Source: Acidobacteriota bacterium
GTDB lineage: Bacteria > Acidobacteriota > Terriglobia > Terriglobales > SCQP01
DNA: 64,000 nt
Assembly (NCBI GenBank): GCA_027314025.1
Contig: DAHVCP010000044.1
Location: forward strand, 1,684 to 65,683
Direction: 5' to 3'
Shown here: piece by piece, positions 1 through 9,130 of the stretch
How the letters are laid out: the number at the start of each line of letters is the position of its first letter
Numbering within the stretch: the first letter of the stretch is position 1
Program-made: the position numbers and the translations under genes
The notes under the pieces: model-generated
Told to the model about the DNA's origin: nothing
Databases searched by the model: none
The model's input: the letters and a program-made list of their open reading frames with translations, nothing else

Positions 1-307
1 AGCGGGCCAGTTCCCGCGCCTCCTCGTAATAGCGGGACAACTCCACCGCCCGCTCCCGCGCACGGCGCGCCGGCGAACCGGCGGCGTCGGTGCAAGCCGC
101 TAGAGCCGCTTGCGCCGCCGCTCGCGCCTGCACGCGGGCCGAACCGAAAAACACGATGGTGTCGTGAATGTTCTCCCGCCGCAGGCGATGCAACGGCTCC
201 AGGTACTCGGCCAAGACGCGCAGCGGCCGCGCATCGGGGCTGTTGAGAAAGAGCGGATTGGCATACGCCAGGGGCGGATGCTCGGACAGATCGTCGGTGG
301 GGTCCAT
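1..307 (-). CDS. LOG family (TIGR00730-like Rossmann fold) protein, N-terminal part; runs off the window edge
   Basis: Manual translation from ATG at 307: MDPTDDLSEHPPLAYANPLFLNSPDARPLRVLAEYLEP...DTIVFFGSAR...YYEEARELAR. Not in the ORF track. Confidence 0.8.
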   Translation of the reverse strand, partial: MDPTDDLSEHPPLAYANPLFLNSPDARPLRVLAEYLEPLHRLRRENIHDTIVFFGSARVQARAAAQAALAACTDAAGSPARRARERAVELSRYYEEARELAR

Positions 308-431
308 GGGAAGGCCAGGCCCGGCAGCGAGCCTGCAACTTATAATACTGAGAGGCGGGGAAAGACGGGGATGAGGGGGTCTAACCTCATCGTTTCCCGC
401 AGCCAGCGGATCGCGAGCGGTCCGCCCCATC

Positions 432-2606
432 GTGGCCAAGGCAATCACTTCTTCGGCGGATGGCGTGAGCGCGAATTTCGCCGCGCTGGCGGCGCGCATT
501 GCCACCTTGCGCCCGGGCGCCGACCAGGAGTTGGTGGCGCGCGCCTACGCCTTCTCGCTGCAACATCACCAAAATCAGCGGCGCCGCTCCGGCGAGGCCT
601 ACATTACCCATCCGCTCGAGGTAGCCGCCATCCTGGCGGAAATGCGGATGGACGAAACCTGCATCGCGGCCGCGCTTTTGCACGACGCCTTGGAGGATAC
701 GCCCGCCACGCAGGAGCAGATCGCCGCCGAGTTCGGCCCGGTCGTGGCCCACTTGGTGGCCGGCGTCACCAAGATTGACCATTTGGATTTGGCCGGTTCC
801 GGCCCGGATCGGCCCGGCGCGCGGCAAGCGGAAACCGTGCGCAAGATGCTGCTGGCGATGGTGGATGACCTGCGGGTCATCCTCATCAAGCTGGCGGACC
901 GGCTGCACAACATGCGGACGCTCCGCCATCTGCCGCCGCCGCGGCAGCAGGCGGTGGCGCGGGAAACGATGGAAATCTACGCCCCGCTGGCGCACCGGCT
1001 AGGCATGGGCAAAGTCCGCGGTGAATTGGAGGACCTGGCCTTCAGCTACTTGGAGCCGGAGGCCTACGCCCAGGTGCGCAGCCAGGTGGAGAGCCGGCGC
1101 CAGGTTAGCGAAGACTTCCTCCATCAGGTCAAGGCGCGGATCGAGGCGGCGTTGGCGGATTTGCAGATTCCCTGCCGCGTCGAGGGCCGCATCAAGCGCT
1201 TTTACAGCATCTGGCAAAAGCTGCGGCGGCAGGAAAGCGAGATCGAGCAGGTCTACGATCTGCTGGCAATACGGGTGATCACCGGTTCGGTGCGGGACTG
1301 CTATGCCGCCCTGGGCATCATCCACAATACCTGGCATCCGGTGCCCGGACGCATCAAGGATTTCATCGCCATGCCCCGGCCCAACGGCTATCAAAGCCTG
1401 CACACCTCGGTGATCCACGAATCCGGACAGCCCTTCGAGGCCCAGATCCGCACCGAGGAGATGCACCGCATGGCCGAGGACGGCATCGCGGCGCATTGGA
1501 AATACAAGGACGGCGGCTTGACCGCCGAAGCCGAGGATGAGCGCATCGGCTGGCTGCGCCGCGTGGTGGAGTGGCAGCAGGAAATGCGCGATCCGGGCGA
1601 GTTCCTGGCGACGCTGAAGGTGGACCTGCACCCCGAGGAGGTCTACGCGTTCACGCCCAAGGGCAAGATCATCCGCCTGCCCCGGGACGCGACGCCCGTG
1701 GACTTTGCCTTCGCCATCCACACCGAGGTTGGCCACCATTGCGTGGGCGCCAAGCTGAACGGCCGCATGGCGCCGCTGCGCACGCCCATCCAAAATGGCG
1801 ACATCGTCGAGATCTTGACGCAGCCGGGCCACGCCCCCAGCCGGGACTGGCTGGGCTTTGTCAAGACGGCGCGAGCACGGCAAAAGATCCGCCATTGGGT
1901 GAGCGCGCAAGAGCGGGCGCAGGCGGTGGATATTGGACGGCGCGCCTTGGAGCGCGAAGCGCGCAAGCGGGACGGCGGCCTGCGTCTTTTGCGCGATGCG
2001 GATCTGGCCCAGGCCGGCACGGAATACGGGTACTTGCAAGCGGAAGATGTGCAGGCGGCGATCGGGTACGGCAAAATCTCCGCCCGGCAAATCTTTGGCC
2101 GCCTGGCCGGCGACCGGAGCGGTCCGGCCAAAACGCCGCGCCTCCCCCGGCCGGTGGGCGGCGAGGGCGCGGGGCCGATTCTGGTGCGCGGCTTCCACGA
2201 TTTAATGGTCTATCGCGCCCGCTGTTGCCACCCGCTGCCCGGCGAGCCGATTGTCGGCTACATCACCCGTGGCCGGGGCGTCGCGGTCCATGCCGAGCAC
2301 TGCGCCAACGTGCAGAACCTGATGTACCAGCCCGACCGCCGCATTGACGTCGCGTGGGCGCCGCATGCCGACGCCCCGCAACCGGTGCGCCTGCGCCTGC
2401 ACACCGACGATCGGGCGGGGCTGCTCAACGCCATCACGGCCGTGATCTCCGCCAGCGGCGCCAATATCGGCCATATCGCCGCCCGTACCGGGCAAGGCCG
2501 GGCCACCATTGAGGTCATCCTGGAAGCGCGCGATCTGCCGCAATTGGAGGGGATCCAATCCGGACTCAAGGCCATCGCCGGCGTCCACGGAGTCGAGCGG
2601 CGGTGA
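432..2606 (+). CDS. rel: Bifunctional (p)ppGpp synthetase/hydrolase (Rel/SpoT)
   Basis: HD domain (ITHPLEVA, LLHDALED), synthetase motifs (GRIK..SIWQKL, YDLLAIR, NGYQSLHT, EAQIRT), then TGS and ACT domains. Confidence 0.95.
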   Translation: MAKAITSSADGVSANFAALAARIATLRPGADQELVARAYAFSLQHHQNQRRRSGEAYITHPLEVAAILAEMRMDETCIAAALLHDALEDTPATQEQIAAEFGPVVAHLVAGVTKIDHLDLAGSGPDRPGARQAETVRKMLLAMVDDLRVILIKLADRLHNMRTLRHLPPPRQQAVARETMEIYAPLAHRLGMGKVRGELEDLAFSYLEPEAYAQVRSQVESRRQVSEDFLHQVKARIEAALADLQIPCRVEGRIKRFYSIWQKLRRQESEIEQVYDLLAIRVITGSVRDCYAALGIIHNTWHPVPGRIKDFIAMPRPNGYQSLHTSVIHESGQPFEAQIRTEEMHRMAEDGIAAHWKYKDGGLTAEAEDERIGWLRRVVEWQQEMRDPGEFLATLKVDLHPEEVYAFTPKGKIIRLPRDATPVDFAFAIHTEVGHHCVGAKLNGRMAPLRTPIQNGDIVEILTQPGHAPSRDWLGFVKTARARQKIRHWVSAQERAQAVDIGRRALEREARKRDGGLRLLRDADLAQAGTEYGYLQAEDVQAAIGYGKISARQIFGRLAGDRSGPAKTPRLPRPVGGEGAGPILVRGFHDLMVYRARCCHPLPGEPIVGYITRGRGVAVHAEHCANVQNLMYQPDRRIDVAWAPHADAPQPVRLRLHTDDRAGLLNAITAVISASGANIGHIAARTGQGRATIEVILEARDLPQLEGIQSGLKAIAGVHGVERR

Positions 2607-3211
2607 CCCACCATTCCTCGGCGCGCCGGCGCCCAGCCGGGGGACGGGCGGGCCGGTGCTGGCGCGGCGGATGCGCCCTGGCCGCGGCCGTGTTGTTGGC
2701 CGCCGGCGCGGGAACCGGCTGCGCGAATCCCAATTTCGTCCCTCCCGGCAGCCTGCCGCTGACCGCGGCGGAGCCACGATCGGCCACCGCCACGGCCCAG
2801 TTCCTGCCCGGCCGATGGCAGGTGGAACACGTGCAGCAGGCGCCGCAGGCGACCTTTGGCGCCAATTTGATTCAGCGGGCGGCGGAGGTAGCCGATGTAG
2901 CCAATTGGTCGGAGATGGACTTCCAACCGCTGCCAGCCGACGCCGGCATTTCTCATCCCGGCACGGTGGAACTGAGCAGCGGCGCGCATCACGTACGTCT
3001 CAGCTATTGGTTGGAAGGCAATGTGATGGCCATCGCCTCCCGCGCGGAGCGTTTCCTGAGCCATGAGCACTGGCAAGTGTTGGCCGGCCGCAAGATGCTT
3101 CTGCTGCGCTCGATCAGCGATGGCGAGGTCATTTTATTGCGCCGCTTCGGCCCCACGGCAGCCCCGCCCCGCCCCACCCCGCCGAAGCGCCGGTCGCCGC
3201 GCCGCCGCTAG
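2603..3211 (+). CDS. Hypothetical lipoprotein
   Basis: GTGA overlap with the rel stop; hydrophobic leader followed by AGTGC (lipobox-like). Confidence 0.55.
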   Translation: MTHHSSARRRPAGGRAGRCWRGGCALAAAVLLAAGAGTGCANPNFVPPGSLPLTAAEPRSATATAQFLPGRWQVEHVQQAPQATFGANLIQRAAEVADVANWSEMDFQPLPADAGISHPGTVELSSGAHHVRLSYWLEGNVMAIASRAERFLSHEHWQVLAGRKMLLLRSISDGEVILLRRFGPTAAPPRPTPPKRRSPRRR

Positions 3212-3981
3212 GCTACCGCGGCGTCTCGCGCCGCCGCCCGGCGGTAGCCACCGCGCAGCGCGTACCAGCGGATGCGGACCAGGTCCGCGAACATCCGTCC
3301 GCTGTCGCGGAGCAAGCGAATCTTGGCGCCGGGCGCATGCGCCCATACCACCGGCACCTCTTGCACCTTCCACCCTTGCAGTTTGGCCAAAAACAGCAGT
3401 TCCGGATCGAAGCCCCAGCCCTCAATGCGTTGCAGCGGAAAGATCCGCGCCGCGGCTTCCTGCCGGAAGAGCTTGAACCCGCACTGCGTATCGCGGAATG
3501 GCAAGCCCAGCGTCAGCACCACCAGCCGATTGAAGCACCGGCCGGCGGATTCGCGAAAGCGGCTCTGGTGCGCCTGGATCAACTCCGCCTCCGCCCGGCT
3601 GCCTATGGCGATATCGGCGCCGGCATCCAGTGCCGCTCGCAGCTTGGCGAGTTCGCCGATCGGCGCCGAGAGGTCGGCGTCGGTGAACAGCAGGTAACGG
3701 CCGCGGGCCGCCAGCATGCCGTGGCGCACGCTGTAGCCCTTGCCCCGATTTCCGGGGTTGGCCAGCACCCGCAAGGGAAACGAGGCGCGGAAGGCGCGGA
3801 CGACGGACGCGGTGGCGTCGCTGGAACCGTCATCCACCACGAGCACTTCCACTTCGCCGCGGCGCCGGCCCAACGCCCGCTCCAGCTCCGCCAACGTGCG
3901 CGGCAGGCGCTGCTCCTCGTTGAAGGCAGGGATCACAATACTCAGTTCCGGCGCGGGCGACGGAATGGCGGCGGCAGGCAT
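3208..3981 (-). CDS. Glycosyltransferase family 2 (dolichyl-phosphate glucosyltransferase-like)
   Basis: SIVIPAFNEE, VVDDGSSD, NRGKGYSVR, FTDADLS, DTQCGFKLF. Confidence 0.92.
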   Translation of the reverse strand: MPAAAIPSPAPELSIVIPAFNEEQRLPRTLAELERALGRRRGEVEVLVVDDGSSDATASVVRAFRASFPLRVLANPGNRGKGYSVRHGMLAARGRYLLFTDADLSAPIGELAKLRAALDAGADIAIGSRAEAELIQAHQSRFRESAGRCFNRLVVLTLGLPFRDTQCGFKLFRQEAAARIFPLQRIEGWGFDPELLFLAKLQGWKVQEVPVVWAHAPGAKIRLLRDSGRMFADLVRIRWYALRGGYRRAAARDAAVA

Positions 3982-3985
3982 GTTG

Positions 3986-5005
3986 TCAGGCGGCGGGCGG
4001 CTCAGGCGGCTGTGGTGGTTGCCGCAGCATCGCCAGGTATTCGCCCATGATATGCGGGTCCCACCACCCCTGCTCGGTCTCCGTTGTCAATTGCGCCCGC
4101 GCCCGCTCCTCCGTCCATGCGGGCTTGTAGGGCCGCTCGGTGGTCAGGGCGTCATAGGCGTCCACCACCTGTAAGATGCGGGCGAGCAAAGGAATTTTCT
4201 CCGCCTCCAAGTGGTCAGGGTAGCCACCCCCATTCCAGTGTTCGTGGTGATGCCGGATAATCGGCAGCACCCGGGCGAGCGACCGCAGCGGCCGGCATAT
4301 CTCCTCGCCCGAACCGGGATGCATGCGCATGATCTGCCATTCCGCTTCCGTCAGCCCGGTCGGCTTGCGCAGGATCACATCCGGCACGGCGATCTTGCCG
4401 ATATCGTGCAGCACCCCGCCGCGGCGCAGTGCGACCACGTCTTCCCGCGCCAGCCCCAAGCGCTGGCCCAGGGCCGCGGCTTGCGTCGCCAGCCGTTGGC
4501 AATGTCCTTGGGTATATTTGTCCCGCGCTTCCACCCCAAGCGCCAAGGTAAACAGGACATCCTCGGCGCTTTCCAGCTCATCGGTGTAGCGCTTCAGCTT
4601 AATCAAACTGACCACCCGGGCGAACAGCTCGGGGGGGTCCACCGGCTTGTTGAGGAAGTCGTCGGCGCCGGCCTCGATGCCACGAATCTTCGATTCATGG
4701 TCCGTCAAACCGGTGATCAACATCACCGGCACCAAGCGGGTTCGGCCGTGCTGCTTGATGTGGCGGCACATCTCAATGCCGCTCCCGTCGGGCAGCACCA
4801 CGTCCAGCAGCGCCAGATCCGGCTCCCAGCTTTGGAACAGTTCCATGCCGGCGCGGCAGGTCGGCGCCATCCGCACCTGGAAACCCCGCAGGCGCAGCAT
4901 CTCCGCCGTCAATTCCCGTCCCACGTCATCGTCGTCCACCACCAAAATGCGGGCGCCGGCAATTTCCACGGGCGGGGTCTCGGCGGAAGGAAACGCGGCA
5001 GCCAA
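3986..5005 (-). CDS. Response regulator with HD-GYP c-di-GMP phosphodiesterase domain
   Basis: REC domain (ILVVDDD, LLDVVLP, FLNKP) plus HDIGK and HHEHWNGGGYP. Confidence 0.92.
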   Translation of the reverse strand: MAAAFPSAETPPVEIAGARILVVDDDDVGRELTAEMLRLRGFQVRMAPTCRAGMELFQSWEPDLALLDVVLPDGSGIEMCRHIKQHGRTRLVPVMLITGLTDHESKIRGIEAGADDFLNKPVDPPELFARVVSLIKLKRYTDELESAEDVLFTLALGVEARDKYTQGHCQRLATQAAALGQRLGLAREDVVALRRGGVLHDIGKIAVPDVILRKPTGLTEAEWQIMRMHPGSGEEICRPLRSLARVLPIIRHHHEHWNGGGYPDHLEAEKIPLLARILQVVDAYDALTTERPYKPAWTEERARAQLTTETEQGWWDPHIMGEYLAMLRQPPQPPEPPAA

Positions 5006-5046
5006 AATTAGGGCCTCCGGCGGCTCAGGATCAACCCGGGAAGGAA

Positions 5047-5346
5047 TCAGCTGGCCAGCGTGGTGCGGCCAGAGTCAGTGAGATGCAAAGGGCCGGCGCC
5101 TGGCCCGACGGCCGGACCCGTCCCCGACACCGGACCTGCCTCGCCCTCGCCATTCCGCGCCAACCAACCCCGTTCCAAGGCGGCTTTCAAGGCCGCACGG
5201 ATCTCCGCTTCCGGGTAGCGCTCCTCATAATGGCCGCCGGCCACCGTATTGAGAAACATGAAGACGGATACATAGTCCAGTCCCTGCGGCGCATGCTCGG
5301 CAAACAACGCCAAGATTTCCCGCATGAGTACCGTGGGCGGGGGCAA
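5047..5346 (-). CDS. Hypothetical protein, possibly winged-helix-like
   Basis: Fills the gap between co-oriented genes; C-terminal LHLTDSGR resembles a wing motif. Confidence 0.5.
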   Translation of the reverse strand: MPPPTVLMREILALFAEHAPQGLDYVSVFMFLNTVAGGHYEERYPEAEIRAALKAALERGWLARNGEGEAGPVSGTGPAVGPGAGPLHLTDSGRTTLAS

Positions 5347-5359
5347 ATCGGCCGTGGCG

Positions 5360-5905
5360 CTACTCCCCGATCAGAATGGCACACGAGAGGACTGTGGTCC
5401 AAAGCCCCCGCTTGTCTCCCACCGCCGACTGGGTCACGTTGAGGGTGCGAACAATCTTGTTGGAGATGCGATAAATCTCCTTCTTTTCGTCCCAGGAGCG
5501 GTCGGGGTCGAAGTCCACCGCCAGCGTCGTGGCGAGCATCTCCGCCGCCAATTCCTCGGCGTATTCCCCGGCCTGCTGCTCGGCCTCGCCGAAGGAATGA
5601 TGCTCCGACAAGTAGCCGTAGGCATTACGATCGGCGGGCAACGCCAAGCCAATGGATGCTGCGATCAGGCGGTGCGGCTCGCGGGTGGAGTTTTCGCTCA
5701 GCACGGCGAAAACCACCTCGCCCGGGCTCAGCAGCTTGAGGCCCGCGGAGCGCGGGATCAACTTGCACCGCGGCGGGAAGATACTGGAGACGCGGACGAG
5801 GTTACAGGCGGCAATGCCGGCATCGCGCAGCGCCAACTCGAAGCTGGTCAAGCGCTCGCGGTGCTTCCCCACGCCCTTGGATAGAAAAATCCGTTTTGCA
5901 ATCAT
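5360..5905 (-). CDS. Pyruvoyl-dependent arginine decarboxylase
   Basis: [25 protein letters not shown] (Ser-Ser self-cleavage site) and GYLSEHH; start placed at [11 protein letters not shown]. Confidence 0.88.
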   Translation of the reverse strand: MIAKRIFLSKGVGKHRERLTSFELALRDAGIAACNLVRVSSIFPPRCKLIPRSAGLKLLSPGEVVFAVLSENSTREPHRLIAASIGLALPADRNAYGYLSEHHSFGEAEQQAGEYAEELAAEMLATTLAVDFDPDRSWDEKKEIYRISNKIVRTLNVTQSAVGDKRGLWTTVLSCAILIGE

Positions 5906-6063
5906 TCTCGCTGAGCCTGCTGCACGTCCGCGCCCCACCCGCGGGCCCTGCGAGGCGGCTAAGGCGGCGGAAAATAGGCGGTAACTTGGAAAAGTAGCAA
6001 AAGCCGGCGGCAGCGTCAATGCGAAAACCGGCCACAGCGGCACCTACCCGCACGCCCACGACG

Positions 6064-6339
6064 CTAGGCGCCGCCGGCGATGGAAGGCAGGATGAGGACG
6101 TCGTCGCCCGACCGGAACTGATACTCTGGGCCGCCCAAAAAGCGAATATCCTCGTCATTGACGTAGACGTTGAAGAACCGCCGCGGGCGGCCGTCCGCCT
6201 CGCAAATGCGCTCGCGTAGTTCGGGAAACCGCCCGGCCAATTCCGTGATCAGCGCGGGCAGATTGGCGGCTTGGCAGTCCAGGCTGGCTTGGCCGCCGGT
6301 GAATTTTTGCAACGGGGTGGGGATGCGCAAGGTATACAT
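6064..6339 (-). CDS. MoaD/ThiS-family ubiquitin-like sulfur carrier protein
   Basis: LRIPTPL, FFNVYVNDEDIRFL, C-terminal PSIAGGA. Confidence 0.9.
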   Translation of the reverse strand: MYTLRIPTPLQKFTGGQASLDCQAANLPALITELAGRFPELRERICEADGRPRRFFNVYVNDEDIRFLGGPEYQFRSGDDVLILPSIAGGA

Positions 6340-6360
6340 GGCAAGGTCTCCGGGAGGGGC

Positions 6361-7608
6361 TTAGACGGTGGCTAGAGCGGGCTCGGAATGGGCGGCGAGC
6401 AGCGCCTCCAGATCTTGCACGCGGGGGCGAATGACCGGCGCCGCCGCCTGGTCGGCGACCACGGCATCCAGGGTCTTCAGGCCATTGCCGGTCAGCACCA
6501 GGACAATCGGGCGGTCCGGATCCAGGCGCCCTTGCGCCAGCAGCTTTTGCGCGCAGGCAACCGTTACCCCGCCCGCGGTTTCGGCGAAGATGCCCTCGGT
6601 CTCCGCCAGCAGCCGCATGGCGGCGACGATCTCTCCATCGCTGGCGTCTTCGGCCCACCCGCCGCTTTCGCGTACCAGCTTGGCGGCGTAGAAGCCGTCG
6701 GCGGGGTTGCCGATCGCCAAGCTGCGGGCAATGGTCTGCGGTCGCTGCGGTTCAATTTCCCCGCGGCCGGATTTCACCGCCGTCGAGATGGGCGAACAGC
6801 CGGTAGCCTGGGCGCCGCAAATCGCCGTCTCGCCCCGCGCCCAGCCCAGTTGGCGCAACTCGCGGAAGGCTTTGGCGATTTTGCCGATCAGCGAACCGCC
6901 GGCCATGGGACAGACCAGCGCCGCGGGCAATTCGCCGCCGAGCTGCTCCGCAATTTCAAAACCCACCGTCTTGGAGCCCTCGGCGTAATAGGAGCGCAAA
7001 TTGACGTTGACGATTCCCCAGGGAAAGCGCTGCGCGATCTCAGCGCAGAGCCGGTTCACATGGTCGTAGTTGCCTTCAATCTGGATCAAGTGGGCGCCGT
7101 AAATGAGCGTCGCCGCCACCTTGGCGGGTTCCAGACCGGTGGGAACAAAGATATAGGCGGGCAGGCCCAGCATCGCCGCTTGCGCCGCGACGGCATTGGC
7201 CAGGTTGCCGGTGGACGAGCAGGCGACGGTCGTAAAGCCAAACTCCTGGGCCTTGCGCAACGCCACCGCCACCACCCGGTCCTTGAACGAGAGCGTGGGG
7301 AAATTGACCGCGTCGTTTTTCAGGAACAAGCGCCGCGCGCCCAGCGCGCGTCCCAGCCGTGGCGCGGGTATCAGCGGCGTGCCGCCGGTCGGCAGGTTGG
7401 CGGGCACGGCGTCCAGCGGCAGCAATTCGCGGTAGCGCCACATGTCGCGCGGCCGCGACGCCCATAGCGCCGGACTGGCGGCGCGGCCCACCGCCTCCAG
7501 ATCGTATTCGATCTCCAGCGGCGCGAAGCACTCATCGCACGCGGCAATCGGTTGGGGACGAAATTGTTTGCCGCAATCGCGGCATCGCAAACCGGTTTCA
7601 AACGACAT
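6361..7608 (-). CDS. Threonine synthase-like PLP enzyme (possibly O-phosphohomoserine sulfhydrylase)
   Basis: N-terminal CxxC..CxxC, PTLSFKDR (PLP lysine), SSTGNLANA, YYAEGSKT, TGNGLK. Confidence 0.88.
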   Translation of the reverse strand: MSFETGLRCRDCGKQFRPQPIAACDECFAPLEIEYDLEAVGRAASPALWASRPRDMWRYRELLPLDAVPANLPTGGTPLIPAPRLGRALGARRLFLKNDAVNFPTLSFKDRVVAVALRKAQEFGFTTVACSSTGNLANAVAAQAAMLGLPAYIFVPTGLEPAKVAATLIYGAHLIQIEGNYDHVNRLCAEIAQRFPWGIVNVNLRSYYAEGSKTVGFEIAEQLGGELPAALVCPMAGGSLIGKIAKAFRELRQLGWARGETAICGAQATGCSPISTAVKSGRGEIEPQRPQTIARSLAIGNPADGFYAAKLVRESGGWAEDASDGEIVAAMRLLAETEGIFAETAGGVTVACAQKLLAQGRLDPDRPIVLVLTGNGLKTLDAVVADQAAAPVIRPRVQDLEALLAAHSEPALATV

Positions 7609-7683
7609 AGCAGGCCTCTGGCGAATGCTCCGCGCCCGGGAGATCGAGAGAGGCCGTGCAAAAGAAGGTGGCGATCAATGAAA

Positions 7684-7708
7684 CAGCCCCTTCTGTGAGA
7701 AGAGGCTG
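7684..7708 (-). terminator. Hairpin of the riboswitch expression platform (putative attenuator)
   Basis: CAGCCTCTTCT-CAC-AGAAGGGGCTG followed by TTTCATT on the minus strand, between the aptamer and the start codon. Confidence 0.55.
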
Positions 7709-7731
7709 GAAGGAGAACCGACCGCCCCTTG

Positions 7732-7885
7732 TCTCATCTTTCCCAAGCCAAAACCGCTCGGCGATTTTCTTGGGCAGGAATTGGCACCTTGACGCCCCGC
7801 GGTACGCCGCTGTTTGCGGCGCTCCCAGCGAAACCGGTTGCCGTGGCTTCTACGGGCCTGTTCCCTCAGCCACTCTCGATGATTC
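7732..7885 (-). ncRNA. SAM-I riboswitch
   Basis: Minus strand reads ATCATCGAGAGTGGCTGAGGGAACAGGCCCGTAGAAGCCACGGCAACC...AAGGTGCCAATTCC...GAAAGATGAG; P1 is TCATC/GATGA. Confidence 0.92.
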
Positions 7886-8210
7886 AGGGCAGACTCGGCT
7901 TGCCAGCCGAGTCCGGATATTCAGTTGTCATACCGAATATACGCCAACCGGGCATTGGGCGCAACCCGGCGCAAAGGGGGAAATACAGGACTGCCACGCC
8001 AATTCATGGCTGGCGCGCGCCCCAGCCCCGCCCTGGCGGGGCGTCCCGCTGGTGGGCCGGGTGGGCCCGCGCGGAAACGGCGATTGCGCCCTGTCCCGCG
8101 CGGGTCCCGCGCACTGCGCTCCGGCCCCGGGCTTCCACGGTTCGCCAGGGATGCCTCCTCTTCCGCACGGCCGTCCCGGGCCCATGCCCAGCGCCCTTGC
8201 TATGCTGCCA

Positions 8211-8936
8211 ATGATGACTCTTTCGACTCCCACCGTTCAGGTGGTCGCACCCGAGACGTTCGGCGCCACCGCCGCCGAGCATATCGCCGCCACGCTGCGG
8301 GTCAAACCGGATGCCGTCCTCGGTCTGCCCACGGGCAACACGCCGGTTCCCGTCTATGCAGCACTGCTGGCCCGCCGCGACGTGAATTTCTCCCGCGCCC
8401 GGGTCGCCATGCTGGATGAATATTTGGGGGCCGGCGACCGCCCCATCAGCTTCTATCAATGGCTGCGCTCCCACTTTCTGGCCGCCGCCGCGATCGCTCC
8501 GGAGCGGATCCTGCGCATGCCATCGGATCCCGAAGGCATTGTCGCTGCTTGCGCCGCCTACGACCGCCAACTGGAGCAGTGGGGCGGCTGCGACCTCCAA
8601 CTGCTCGGCCTCGGCCTGAATGGCCATATCGGCTTCAACGAACCCAGTTCTCCGGGCGATTCCGCAACCCGCGTGGTACCGCTGAGCGCGAGCACCCGCG
8701 ATGCCAACGAAGAGTATTGGCAGGGCGAGGAGGTGCCCGAGTTCGGCGTCACTACGGGCATAGGGGTCATTCTCCGCGCCAAACGGATCATCTTGCTGGT
8801 GAATGGTGCGCGCAAAGCGGCCACGCTGCGCCAAGCGCTCGATGGGCCGATCGGCCCAGACTGCCCCGCCAGCTTCCTGCGCCGGCACCGGGATGTGTTG
8901 GTGCTGGCGGACCGCGCGGCCGCCGGCCAAGAGTAG
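8211..8936 (+). CDS. nagB: Glucosamine-6-phosphate deaminase
   Basis: VLGLPTGNTP, LDEYLG, LLGLGLNGHIGFNEP. The upstream part of the 7656 ORF overlaps the riboswitch and is judged spurious. Confidence 0.88.
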   Translation: MMTLSTPTVQVVAPETFGATAAEHIAATLRVKPDAVLGLPTGNTPVPVYAALLARRDVNFSRARVAMLDEYLGAGDRPISFYQWLRSHFLAAAAIAPERILRMPSDPEGIVAACAAYDRQLEQWGGCDLQLLGLGLNGHIGFNEPSSPGDSATRVVPLSASTRDANEEYWQGEEVPEFGVTTGIGVILRAKRIILLVNGARKAATLRQALDGPIGPDCPASFLRRHRDVLVLADRAAAGQE

Positions 8937-9130
8937 GCGGCCCTGCCCCCAAGGATTTGGACGGCCCGCCGCGGGCGCACCGCCGGCTGAGGTTCGGCGG
9001 CGGCCGCCGCGGCGCGCGCGGCCGCTGCAAGTCGCAGCCCGTCGCTGCCAGCCGGCGGCGGCTGCGCCGCAGCCGCTACCTCCCTTGGCTCCCGGCGCCC
9101 GCGCATGCAGGCGCGCGTGGGCAGGCGAGG

